A DNA stretch of 32,000 bases. Source: Ktedonobacterales bacterium (GTDB taxonomy: Bacteria; Chloroflexota; Ktedonobacteria; Ktedonobacterales; JADMIN01). A program made the position numbers and the translations under genes. Below, one piece after another: positions 1-7,992 of this stretch (its first letter is position 1; the number at the start of each line of letters is the position of its first letter). The DNA is taken from the NCBI GenBank assembly GCA_030167145.1, contig CP126532.1, positions 4,170,001-4,202,000 on the forward strand, read 5' to 3'. The notes below the pieces were generated by a model that did not search any database, was not told the DNA's origin, and saw only the letters and a program-made list of their open reading frames with translations.

Positions 1-1024
1 CGAGCGAGGTGCTGGAAAAGTTCTCCGAGCCAGTGAACGCCAGCGTCCCATCTACGACGATGAGCTTCGCGTGCATATAGGGCGCTTGCAGGTAGCGCAC
101 ATGCACGCCGCCCTGTGTAAGTTGCGCCACCGCGCTCGCCTCATCCGACGAGGAAGCCGCCGAGGATGGCAGCGTCACCTCCACGTTCACGCCGCGCTGC
201 GCCGCCGCGATCAGCGCCTGCACCGATGCGGCGTCGTACATCTCCTCGTCTTCGATGTGCAGTGTAGATTTGGCGCTAGCAATCAGCGCGGTCACATCGG
301 TGCGCGCATTCACGGGACTCACCACCAGACGCGACTGGGTAAGCGCGGGCGTTGGCGTGCGGTTCCAATCCGCCTGAAATATCGCGTTGACTTCGGCTAC
401 GTCGCCCGCGTCGGTATCAATCACGCCGTATTCGCGATTCGCCGCCGCCGAGCTGCCGCCCAAGCCTGAACGGCTGAGATTGCACGTCATGATATACGCG
501 GTGGCGTCATCTATCAGCATCACTTTGGCATGGGTATAGTAGTACGCGGGATCGGCGGCTTGCGCGTGGACACCTGCCGCGTTCAGGGTCTCAATGGTCT
601 GTTGTGGCGAGACGCTGCCCTCTCCATAGGGATGAGCCTCCAATAGCACACGCACATCCACCCCTCGTTGCGACGCATCCTCCAGCGCGTGCATCACGTT
701 TGCGTCGGTCAGCAGGTACACCTCGACCCAAACCGATTGCGCCGCGCCTTTGATGGCGTTAAGTATTGGCGCTTCACCGGCGTCCGGCTCGACGAAGACC
801 TGCACACCTTGTGCGGCGCAGGCTGCGCTGACGCATACACTACCGTTCGATGGCGGCGTCGCTGTAGCTGCTGTTGTCGTGGTGGCGATGGGCGATGGCG
901 AGGATGTATGCGGCGCTGCCGGTGGGGGCTGTGTCTGCCCGGTGGCGCACCCCGCCAGGAGTACTACGCCAACAAGAAACGCCAGAGTGAATCGGTATCG
1001 TGAAACTTCGCGCGAATTTCGCAT
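1..1024 (-). CDS. Phospholipase D / cardiolipin-synthase-like (double HKD) lipoprotein, C-terminus lies beyond window start
   Basis: Absent from the ORF track because it runs off the window edge. Minus-strand ATG at 1024-1022 is preceded by GGAGGGA (complement of 1031-1037), and the frame stays open to position 1. The translation MRNSREVSRYRFTLAFLVGVVLLAGCATGQ... has a lipobox (LLAGC) and a Thr/Pro/Ser linker. It has two HxKxxxxD motifs: YTHAKVMLIDD (about nt 506-538) and YMHAKLIVVDGTLAFTGSENFS (about nt 15-80). Confidence 0.8.
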   Translation of the reverse strand, partial: MRNSREVSRYRFTLAFLVGVVLLAGCATGQTQPPPAAPHTSSPSPIATTTTAATATPPSNGSVCVSAACAAQGVQVFVEPDAGEAPILNAIKGAAQSVWVEVYLLTDANVMHALEDASQRGVDVRVLLEAHPYGEGSVSPQQTIETLNAAGVHAQAADPAYYYTHAKVMLIDDATAYIMTCNLSRSGLGGSSAAANREYGVIDTDAGDVAEVNAIFQADWNRTPTPALTQSRLVVSPVNARTDVTALIASAKSTLHIEDEEMYDAASVQALIAAAQRGVNVEVTLPSSAASSSDEASAVAQLTQGGVHVRYLQAPYMHAKLIVVDGTLAFTGSENFSSTSL

Positions 1025-1044
1025 GTGTGCTCCCTCCATCACGC

Positions 1045-1072
1045 AGTATACTCGCTTGCCGGTGAGAATCAA
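1045..1072 (-). promoter_or_regulatory. Putative sigma70-type promoter of the PLD-like gene
   Basis: Read on the minus strand: -35 TTGATT (1072-1067), 16-nt spacer, -10 TATACT (1050-1045). It lies about 20 nt upstream of the ATG/RBS. Confidence 0.4.
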
Positions 1073-1203
1073 GAGAGGACTATGCCGAAAATGTGAGCGA
1101 GCTACACCATAGGAGAAGGGTGGCGTTGACGGCAGCAGCGATAGTGTGGTAGCCATAGGCTGTAGACTATCGCCCGAAGTCCAATCCCAGAGGGAGCAGC
1201 AGC

Positions 1204-2403
1204 GTGTCCGAAGAGACTACCCAGAATCCTAGCGAACAGATAAGTGATGATACGCCTGCTCGTCTGCCAACGGCGCTGGTGTATGATGATGCCTTTTTGG
1301 CGCATCGTGTGCCGAATGATTTTCCCGAAGTACCAGAGCGCGTGGGGCTGGCTATTGCGATGATCGAGGCGCTACTGGCCGAGGGTACGCTGCCAGCGGA
1401 ACATGTGCTGCGCCTGCCCGTGCGCGCGGCGAACATGGAGGAGTTGGCAGCGGTTCATCCCGAAGCCTACGTCGAGCGTGTGCGGCAGGCGGTGGCGGAT
1501 CTGGTGGAGGCAGGTGGAGAGCACGCGAAACCGAGGCGGTTTGCCACAGAGGTCTATATTTCACCGGGCAGCTACGATGCGGCGACCAAGGCGGCGGGCG
1601 CGCCACTGGTGATCCTCGATGCCATTGGTGAAGGGCACGCGCGCAACGGTTACGCGCTGGTGCGTCCGCCGGGGCATCATGCCAGCGCGGATCGGGCAAT
1701 GGGCTTCTGCATCTTCAACAATGTCGCGGTGGCGGCGCGCTATGCCCAGCGCAAATGGGGCTGGCAGCGTGTGCTGATCGTGGACTATGACGTGCATCAC
1801 GGCAATGGCACGCAGGACATTTTCTACGAAGACGGCGATGTGCTGTACTTCTCCACACACCAATATCCCTTCTATCCGGGCACGGGCGACTCCACGGATC
1901 GCGGCACGGGGGCAGGGCTGGGGTCCACGGTGAATGCGCCGCTGCCAGCGGAGTCGGGCTGGAGCGTGTATGACCCAATCTTTCGGCAGGTGCTCTGGCC
2001 GCTGGCAGATCGCTTCAAGCCGGATGCGGTGCTGCTCTCGGCGGGCTTCGACGCCCACTGGCAGGATCCCCTGGCGCAGATGCAGCTCTCGACGGCTGAT
2101 TACTCAGATTTATCGCGCGAGGTGGTTGAGATTGCCGATACCTATTGTGCTGGGCGGCTGGTGGCGGTGCAGGAGGGCGGCTACAATCTGGACGCGGTGG
2201 CGCAATGCGCGTCAACCCTGATGTTTGCGCTGACGGGCAGCGATAAGATTGTGGATAACTTGGGGCTGGCTCCGCCGCTGAACTATCGCTGGAATGAAGA
2301 AGCGATTGTGCGGGCGCTGCTGGATCTGCATGATCTAACGGGCTACCGCCGTAAGCCACGCAAGCCGCAAGTGCGCGAGCAACCAGCCAAGCCGCAGGAG
2401 TGA
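1204..2403 (+). CDS. Histone deacetylase / acetoin-utilisation (AcuC-like) family deacetylase
   Basis: 399-aa ORF with a GTG start preceded by GAGGGA (1190-1195). It carries the arginase/deacetylase-fold motifs RPPGHHA, DYDVHHGNGTQ, GFDAH and EGGY. Confidence 0.9.
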   Translation: MSEETTQNPSEQISDDTPARLPTALVYDDAFLAHRVPNDFPEVPERVGLAIAMIEALLAEGTLPAEHVLRLPVRAANMEELAAVHPEAYVERVRQAVADLVEAGGEHAKPRRFATEVYISPGSYDAATKAAGAPLVILDAIGEGHARNGYALVRPPGHHASADRAMGFCIFNNVAVAARYAQRKWGWQRVLIVDYDVHHGNGTQDIFYEDGDVLYFSTHQYPFYPGTGDSTDRGTGAGLGSTVNAPLPAESGWSVYDPIFRQVLWPLADRFKPDAVLLSAGFDAHWQDPLAQMQLSTADYSDLSREVVEIADTYCAGRLVAVQEGGYNLDAVAQCASTLMFALTGSDKIVDNLGLAPPLNYRWNEEAIVRALLDLHDLTGYRRKPRKPQVREQPAKPQE

Positions 2404-2427
2404 ATCATTGACGGTGATGCGCACCCA

Positions 2428-3171
2428 CTAGCTACGATGCTCTGCGCTGCCGCCAGCGTCGAGCAAAGGGCGTGGTGAGGTTCCCTGTCGCAGGCCCCTT
2501 TGGATGCCAGCCGCTGCTGCCCGCAGAGCATCGCGCACCAGTTCACTGATCGAAACGACGGGGCCGTCGGTAAGGACGACCTTGACGTTGCTCATCAGCG
2601 CAAAGACCTCGATTTCAAGCTGCGCTGCGCGAGGCTCATTGAGCGGACTATGCTCTTCATGGGCAAACGTCACTACACCACCAGCGCTCTCGCCAAGTGA
2701 GTTGGTGTCGCTCAGGAAGACGCGCGTCCGTACCGCGACATGCAACGAGCGCGGCACGTAGATGACCACCGTACCCATAATCGCGGTGATCTGGAGCCGG
2801 GCGTGAGGCGGCATGTGCGCCAAGCCCAGATCAAGTTTGGCCTCGCCCATGAACGCCAGAACATGTGTTTCAGGCGCGAGTTGCCAGGATCGGCGCAATT
2901 TCTTCACCTGGCTCATGATGGCGATGAACCGTGTGCGGCGCGGTTCAGGCGCAGACATCGGCGACGAGAGGCTCGGCGATTCCAGCGCGCTCAGCGACGC
3001 CAGTGGTGATACGGGCAACGCGCGCAGAATCGCCTGGCACTCGTCCGCATTCCGCGCGAGCACCAGCGCATCGAGCGCACGGCGAAATGCTTCGAACGAC
3101 AACTCGCCGCGCTCATAGCGCATACGCGCCTCTTGAATTGCCGTCTGCTGTGCTGGCACTGCTGGCTCCAC
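2428..3171 (-). CDS. LiaF/DUF2154-like domain protein with SHOCT/DUF1707-like N-terminal helix
   Basis: 247-aa ORF with a GTG start preceded by GGAGGG. The N-terminus (MRYERGELSFEAFRRALDAL) resembles the short oligomerisation motif of DUF1707/SHOCT proteins. The C-terminal half (FMGEAKLDLGLAHMPPHARLQITAIMGTVVIYVP) resembles the LiaF C-terminal beta-rich domain. The family call is from memory of motifs, not from a search. Confidence 0.6.
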   Translation of the reverse strand: MEPAVPAQQTAIQEARMRYERGELSFEAFRRALDALVLARNADECQAILRALPVSPLASLSALESPSLSSPMSAPEPRRTRFIAIMSQVKKLRRSWQLAPETHVLAFMGEAKLDLGLAHMPPHARLQITAIMGTVVIYVPRSLHVAVRTRVFLSDTNSLGESAGGVVTFAHEEHSPLNEPRAAQLEIEVFALMSNVKVVLTDGPVVSISELVRDALRAAAAGIQRGLRQGTSPRPLLDAGGSAEHRS

Positions 3172-3317
3172 TCAGCCCTCCGTCCCGCTCGCTCGCGAGG
3201 CACTCCAATTCCGTATTCCAGGCATATACGAGAACGGGCGGCAGAGTGTTTCACACTATAAACGCGCATGGGCAAAACGGCGCATCGCCGTCCGCCCACA
3301 CACGTCCCACAAGGCAG

Positions 3318-4835
3318 CTACTTCGATTTTGCGCTGGCTTTTGTCGCGGTGCGCGGCTTGCTAGCGGCGCCAGCCTTGGGCGCTGCGGCTTTGCCGTTGG
3401 CTTTCGCGCTCGCGCCAGCCGAGCCAGGTCGCGAGACGATGGCGGGATCGCTGCCGATGATGTCCAGGAAGCGAATCGCCTGCCGGATCAGATGGTAGAA
3501 GTTGGGAATGTGATACTTCTCGTTGGGCGCATGAATATTGTCATCGGGCAGGCCAGTGCCCATGAAGACGATTGGCGCGTGCAGTTCGCTGTCAAACAGC
3601 GCGCCCACGGGAATCGAGCCGCCAGATCGCTCGAAGACCGGCGGGCGGCCCCACTCCTGCTCCAATGCGCGTTCGGCGGCGCGCAGATACACGTTTTCCA
3701 GCGGGACCAGCACGGCGTCGCCGCCGTGGATGAGGCGGACCTCCATCTTCACGCCCGGCGGGCAGAGTTCGGCGACGCGTTTGCGTAGCATCGGCAGCAC
3801 ATCCATCGGGCGCAGTCCAGGTGGCAACCGCAGGCTGACCTTGGCAGTGGCCTCAGCGGGAATCACCGTTTTCGCGCCTTCGTCTACGAATCCACCCTTG
3901 ATGCCGTGAACTTCGAGTGTCGGGCGCGCAGTCTGGCGCTCGCGCGGGTCGTATTCCTGCTCGCCAGGGAGCATGTCCACGCCCATCTCGTGCTTCATGC
4001 TGGCGATCACATCTACCGGATTGCGGTCCCATAGGTCGCGTTCTTCGTCGGTCATGGGTATGATGCGCTTGTAGATCTCTGGCAGCGTGATATGGCCGTC
4101 AGGCCCCTTGAGGCCCAGCAGCACCTCGGCGAGCGCATGGATGGGATTCGGCGCAACGCCGCCATATTCGCCAGAATGGAGATCATGCTTCGCGCCCTGG
4201 GCATGAATCTCGGTGTAGAGGATGCCGCGCAGCGCGTAGACCAGCGCGGGCACGCCAGGGGCGGGCATCCCCGTATCGGCGACGAGGGCGACATCGCAGG
4301 CAAGCTTCTTGGGGTGTTCCTTGACGTATTTCTCGATGGATTCGCCGCCGTATTCTTCCTCGCCCTCGATCAGCACACGCACGTTGACGGGCAATCCGCC
4401 GGTGGTGGTCATCAGCGACTTGAGCGCAAGAATCAGGGCGTACATCTGGCCTTTGTCGTCCACCGCGCCGCGCGCATAGATGTTGTCGTTGCGCACCGTC
4501 GGCTCGAATGGTGGGCTATCCCACAGGTCAATCGGGTCCACGGGCTGCACGTCGTAGTGGCCATAGAGCAGTACGGTTGGCTTGCCCTTGGCCTCAAGCC
4601 ATTCGCCGTAGACGAGAGGATGCACATCGGTCTTGATAATCTTGACCTTCTTCAGGCCTGCCTCTTCCATCGCATCGGCGACGAACTTCGCCGCGCGCTG
4701 GATGTCTTTGCGATGCTTTGGGAGCGTGCTGATGCTGGGGATGCGAAGCAGGTCTTTCAGCCCTTCGAGGAATTCGTCCTGGTGGGTGTCAACATACTGG
4801 AGAGCCGCGTCAGAAGTCTGGGCAGTGCTGGCCAT
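3318..4835 (-). CDS. M20-family dipeptidase (ArgE/DapE/ACY1/CPG2 superfamily) with Lys/Ala-rich C-terminal tail
   Basis: Motifs LLYGHYDVQP, RGAVDDKGQ and LIEGEEEYGG. The track start at 4931 is probably too long. The ATG at 4835 (MASTAQTSD...) is preceded by GAGGGA with 6-nt spacing. Confidence 0.9.
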   Translation of the reverse strand: MASTAQTSDAALQYVDTHQDEFLEGLKDLLRIPSISTLPKHRKDIQRAAKFVADAMEEAGLKKVKIIKTDVHPLVYGEWLEAKGKPTVLLYGHYDVQPVDPIDLWDSPPFEPTVRNDNIYARGAVDDKGQMYALILALKSLMTTTGGLPVNVRVLIEGEEEYGGESIEKYVKEHPKKLACDVALVADTGMPAPGVPALVYALRGILYTEIHAQGAKHDLHSGEYGGVAPNPIHALAEVLLGLKGPDGHITLPEIYKRIIPMTDEERDLWDRNPVDVIASMKHEMGVDMLPGEQEYDPRERQTARPTLEVHGIKGGFVDEGAKTVIPAEATAKVSLRLPPGLRPMDVLPMLRKRVAELCPPGVKMEVRLIHGGDAVLVPLENVYLRAAERALEQEWGRPPVFERSGGSIPVGALFDSELHAPIVFMGTGLPDDNIHAPNEKYHIPNFYHLIRQAIRFLDIIGSDPAIVSRPGSAGASAKANGKAAAPKAGAASKPRTATKASAKSK

Positions 4836-4986
4836 GAGTGTCCCTCGTTTTCGCGCAGTGTATGGGGAGAGCGCAGCCGCATCCGCGTGCGCGGTTGCGT
4901 ATACCGTTCTTTTCATCGTAGCAGCCAGCAAGGGATATGTCTAGCGGGAAAGATGATATATCGAAGCATCCCAGCGTGGGATACGC

Positions 4987-5016
4987 TTGACCACCATTGC
5001 GGATGCGGCGTATACT
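4987..5016 (+). promoter_or_regulatory. Putative sigma70-type promoter driving the proS T-box leader
   Basis: -35 TTGACC (4987-4992), 18-nt spacer, -10 TATACT (5011-5016), immediately upstream of T-box stem I. Confidence 0.5.
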
Positions 5017-5029
5017 GCGCGCAGAAAGA

Positions 5030-5297
5030 AATGATGCAGGGGACCAGTAGCCGTGGACCCGACGCGCAGAGAACCGGCAGATATGGTGCGATGCCGGTCG
5101 TCGCGGGAGCGGTGAACCCACCCCGAAGCTGACGGCGTTGAGCCGTTCCGGTTGCCCACCGTTAGCTGGGCCTCGCATCCCGTCGTTACAATGGCGGCGT
5201 GCGGCAGAGATGAGCCGCGTACACATGCGCGCGACTCGAACAAGGTGGTACCGCGAGGACACACCCTCGCCCTTGATGGGCGGGGGTGTTTTTGTTT
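5030..5297 (+). promoter_or_regulatory. T-box riboswitch leader, proline-specific (specifier codon CCC)
   Basis: Stem-I elements are a GA/K-turn (ATGATG at 5031-5036 opposite CGAAG at 5124-5128) and specifier-loop S-turn halves AGTA (5046-5049) and GAA (5114-5116). The S-turn is followed by CCC (5117-5119) and a purine A. There is also an AGAGA bulge (5068-5072), a perfect 7-bp helix (5073-5079 with 5092-5098) and a distal loop with GGTGCGA (5085-5091). The T-box sequence AACAAGGTGGTACCGCGAGG lies at 5239-5258 and overlaps the 5' side of a terminator hairpin. Confidence 0.85.
5258..5297 (+). terminator. Intrinsic terminator of the T-box expression platform
   Basis: ACACCCTCGCC (5261-5271) pairs with GGCGGGGGTGT (5279-5289) with one G-U pair. 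It is followed by TTTTGTTT (5290-5297). Confidence 0.75.
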
Positions 5298-5326
5298 GGC
5301 GCGGACACGTACAAAGGAGAACCACA

Positions 5327-7054
5327 ATGCGGATGTCCAAGATGCTGGTGAAGACACGGAAACAGGTCGCAGCGGAGGCGGAACTGCCGAGCGCGCAGTT
5401 GATTCTGCGCGCGGGGCTGGCGCGCCAGGTGGCAGCAGGCATCTATAGCCTGACACCCCTGGCGCATCGCGTGGTGCGGCGCATCGAGCGTGTCGTGCGC
5501 GAGGAGATGGAGCGCATCGGTGGGCAGGAGGCGCTGCTGCCGGTGACGCAACCGGCGGACCTGTGGCGCGAGAGCGGGCGCTATGAGGCGATTGGCGCGG
5601 AACTGGCGCGATTTCGGGACCGCAATGAGCGCGAGATGGTGCTGGCGATGACGCACGAAGAGGCGGTGACGGATCTGGTGCGCGCGGTGGTGGATTCGTA
5701 TCGTCAGTTGCCGCTGATGGTATTCCAGATACAGACGAAATTTCGCGATGAGCCGAGGCCGCGCGGCGGACTGATCCGGCTACGCGAATTTCTGATGAAG
5801 GACGCCTATAGCTTCCACACAATGCAGGAAGACTTCGACGAGTATTATGAGCGGGTGGTGGAGGCATACCGGCGGATCTACAAACGCCTCGACTTGCCGG
5901 TGCTGGTGGTGGAGGCGGATACAGGCATCATGGGCGGACAGGTGGCGCACGAGTTTATGTTGTTGGCACCGGGCGGCGAAGATACGTTGATCGTGTGTAC
6001 GAAATGCGGCTATGCGGCGAATGCTGAGGTGGCGATAGCGCGGAAAGACACGGGTGATGCGGCAATCGCCCCGAACGCTGACGAGACGCCGCGCGAGTTG
6101 TATACGCCGGGGGCGACGACCATTGCCGCGCTCTGCGCGGCGGCGAGGTGCGCGCCGTCGCAAACGCTGAAAGCGGTATTCTACGCGGCGGGCGACGATC
6201 TCGTGCTGGCGCTGATTCGCGGCGACCTGGAGGTGAACGAGGTCAAGCTGCGAAGTGTGCTGGGTCAGGAGGTGCGTGCGCTCTCGCATGTCGAGGCGGA
6301 GGCGCGCGGGCTGGCCGTAGGCTACACTGGGCCGGTGGGACTGGACATGGCCGGGGGTGTCCGGCTGGTGGCAGATGATTCGCTGCTCACGGCAGGGAGC
6401 CTCATCGCGGGCGCGAATCGTGTGGACTATCACCTGGCGGGCGTGCGCTTTGGACGCGACTTCTCGGCAGAGATCACGAGCGATATCGCGCTGGCGCGGG
6501 CAGGGCAGCCGTGCGCGCACTGCGGCGCAGCGCTGGAAGAGCGGCGGGGCATCGAGGCGGGCAATACGTTCAAACTGGGAGCGAAGTATAGCGCGACGAT
6601 GGGCGCGACCTTTGCCGATGAGCGCGGTGTGGGCGGCAACCCGATGATTATGGGCTGCTACGGGCTGGGCATCACACGGCTGGTGGCCTGCCTGATCGAG
6701 CAGCATCACGACGCGGATGGCATCGTCTGGCCGGTGAGTGTCGCGCCGTACCGCTATCACCTGTTGGTGGCAGGCAACGGCGCCGAGGCACGGGCGGCGG
6801 CGGATACGCTCTACGTGGCGCTGGGCGCGGAGATAACACTCTACGATGACCGCGAGGCGAGCGCCGGGGTGAAGTTCAAAGACGCCGACCTGCTGGGTAT
6901 GCCGCTGCGCGTGACGGTGAGCGCGCGGTCGCTGGCGGCTGGCGGCGCGGAACTGCGGCTGCGCGCAACCGGCGAGACGCGCATCGTGCCGCTGGCAGAG
7001 GTGGCGACGGCGGCAGAGACGATGCTAGATATGCTCACTGCTCGCCATGCGTGA
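5327..7054 (+). CDS. proS: Proline--tRNA ligase (bacterial type with editing insertion)
   Basis: The ~575-aa product starts MRMSKMLVKTRKQVAAEAELPSAQLILRAGL... AAGGAG (5314-5319) sits 7 nt upstream of the ATG at 5327. It has class II aaRS motifs, a typical ProRS N-terminus and a typical length. The track start at 5138 would translate the T-box leader, so I reject it. Confidence 0.95.
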   Translation: MRMSKMLVKTRKQVAAEAELPSAQLILRAGLARQVAAGIYSLTPLAHRVVRRIERVVREEMERIGGQEALLPVTQPADLWRESGRYEAIGAELARFRDRNEREMVLAMTHEEAVTDLVRAVVDSYRQLPLMVFQIQTKFRDEPRPRGGLIRLREFLMKDAYSFHTMQEDFDEYYERVVEAYRRIYKRLDLPVLVVEADTGIMGGQVAHEFMLLAPGGEDTLIVCTKCGYAANAEVAIARKDTGDAAIAPNADETPRELYTPGATTIAALCAAARCAPSQTLKAVFYAAGDDLVLALIRGDLEVNEVKLRSVLGQEVRALSHVEAEARGLAVGYTGPVGLDMAGGVRLVADDSLLTAGSLIAGANRVDYHLAGVRFGRDFSAEITSDIALARAGQPCAHCGAALEERRGIEAGNTFKLGAKYSATMGATFADERGVGGNPMIMGCYGLGITRLVACLIEQHHDADGIVWPVSVAPYRYHLLVAGNGAEARAAADTLYVALGAEITLYDDREASAGVKFKDADLLGMPLRVTVSARSLAAGGAELRLRATGETRIVPLAEVATAAETMLDMLTARHA

Positions 7055-7499
7055 GCGTGCGGGCGACGGCATCGCTGGCAGTGCGGATCTCGGCGCGGAG
7101 CGAGGCGATTTCGGCAGCGAGCGCGGCCAATTCGCCATTCTCATTCGCTGGAGATGTGTCTTCGAGCAGCGTGGCGCGGCGGGATTCTAGCTCGGCGAGG
7201 CGAGCGCGTGCGTCGCTGATATCGCGGGTGACGATCAGCGCGTGGAGTTCGCTTTCGGCGCGGTGGCGCAGCATTTCCAGGTGACGCAGCGTCGCCTCGA
7301 TCTGGGTGATGCGCTCCTCGACCTCAGACATACCTGCAAGGGCGTTGCCGACGCCACCGTTGTACTGGATGGTGAAGTCTACAATGCGCCGCAATTGGGC
7401 GCGCAACTGGCTGGCGTTCGCATGCGCCTGGCGCTCGCGGTCGGTGAGATCCGCCAGCAAGAGCCGTAGCAGCGCCAGCCTTCGATCCATCTCTTGCAT
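7035..7499 (-). CDS. Hypothetical coiled-coil protein
   Basis: 154-aa ORF preceded by AGGGAG. The sequence is Leu/Arg/Glu/Ala-rich with heptad-like stretches (LRAQLRR, ARARLAELESRRATLLE, IASLRAEIR). I recognise no family. Its 3' end overlaps the proS 3' end by 20 nt. Confidence 0.6.
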   Translation of the reverse strand: MQEMDRRLALLRLLLADLTDRERQAHANASQLRAQLRRIVDFTIQYNGGVGNALAGMSEVEERITQIEATLRHLEMLRHRAESELHALIVTRDISDARARLAELESRRATLLEDTSPANENGELAALAAEIASLRAEIRTASDAVARTLTHGEQ

Positions 7500-7624
7500 T
7501 GGTTGCGGCTCCCTGGTATCCTAGTGATAGGAAGGCTGGTTGATCACTTTTGCGTTCAGCCGCTTCGATGTGCTATTGTACACGAGTATGTTGGTGCTGC
7601 GATAGAAGGCGATGACCATTCCAT

Positions 7625-7927
7625 ATGATTAGGCATGAGGTCATTCTGCGGATCAAGCAGGGTGTGCGCCGCGAAATGATTCAGCGCAACTTGCGCGATG
7701 TGTACGATCTGCTGATTACGATTCCTGGCGTCGAGCGCGTGCGCTTCGGCGTGAACAAAGCGGCGTCATACCGCCACGCGATGATCGTAGTGGATCTGCC
7801 GGACGAGGAGGCGCTGATGCGTTTCGGGCGTCACCCGCAGCATGCGCGTGCCGTGAATCTCGTCAACCGTCTGGCGGAATCTACGGCGGTGGGAAGCTAT
7901 CTGGTCGGCTCAGAATATCCTGGATAG
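7625..7927 (+). CDS. Dabb (stress-responsive alpha/beta-barrel) family protein
   Basis: 100 aa starting MIRHEVILRIK. The length and the pattern (...VRFGVN..., HPQH..V) are typical of the Dabb domain. Confidence 0.75.
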   Translation: MIRHEVILRIKQGVRREMIQRNLRDVYDLLITIPGVERVRFGVNKAASYRHAMIVVDLPDEEALMRFGRHPQHARAVNLVNRLAESTAVGSYLVGSEYPG

Positions 7928-7948
7928 CGCACGACTATCCTCAATTGT

Positions 7949-7985
7949 GCCTCTTTCTCTCTAATGGGAAAGGGGCGTTTGTTTT
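7949..7985 (+). terminator. Rho-independent terminator after the Dabb gene
   Basis: GCCTCTTTC (7949-7957) pairs with GAAAGGGGC (7968-7976), giving 9 bp with one G-U and a 10-nt loop. It is followed by GTTTGTTTTG. Confidence 0.6.
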
Positions 7986-7992
7986 GCCGCGA

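Noticed and set aside
4092-5132. 346-aa + strand ORF, together with the 308-aa minus ORF 4941-5867
   Set aside because: The first is antisense to the M20 dipeptidase. The second is Pro/Arg/Ala/Ser-rich and runs through the T-box leader and the proS 5' end. Neither has an RBS or recognisable motifs.
5138-5326. N-terminal 63-codon extension of proS in the ORF track
   Set aside because: This stretch encodes the T-box stem II/III, antiterminator and terminator. A strong AAGGAG RBS precedes the internal ATG at 5327, which matches the canonical ProRS N-terminus.
5780-6760. 326-aa minus-strand ORF
   Set aside because: It is antisense to proS, His/Arg-rich and of low complexity. It is a GC artefact.
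7520-7560. Terminator-like hairpin AGTGAT...ATCACT followed by TTTTGCG on the + strand
   Set aside because: No + strand gene ends upstream of it, because the preceding gene is on the minus strand. The stem is only 6 bp. It is probably a fortuitous or promoter-region structure.
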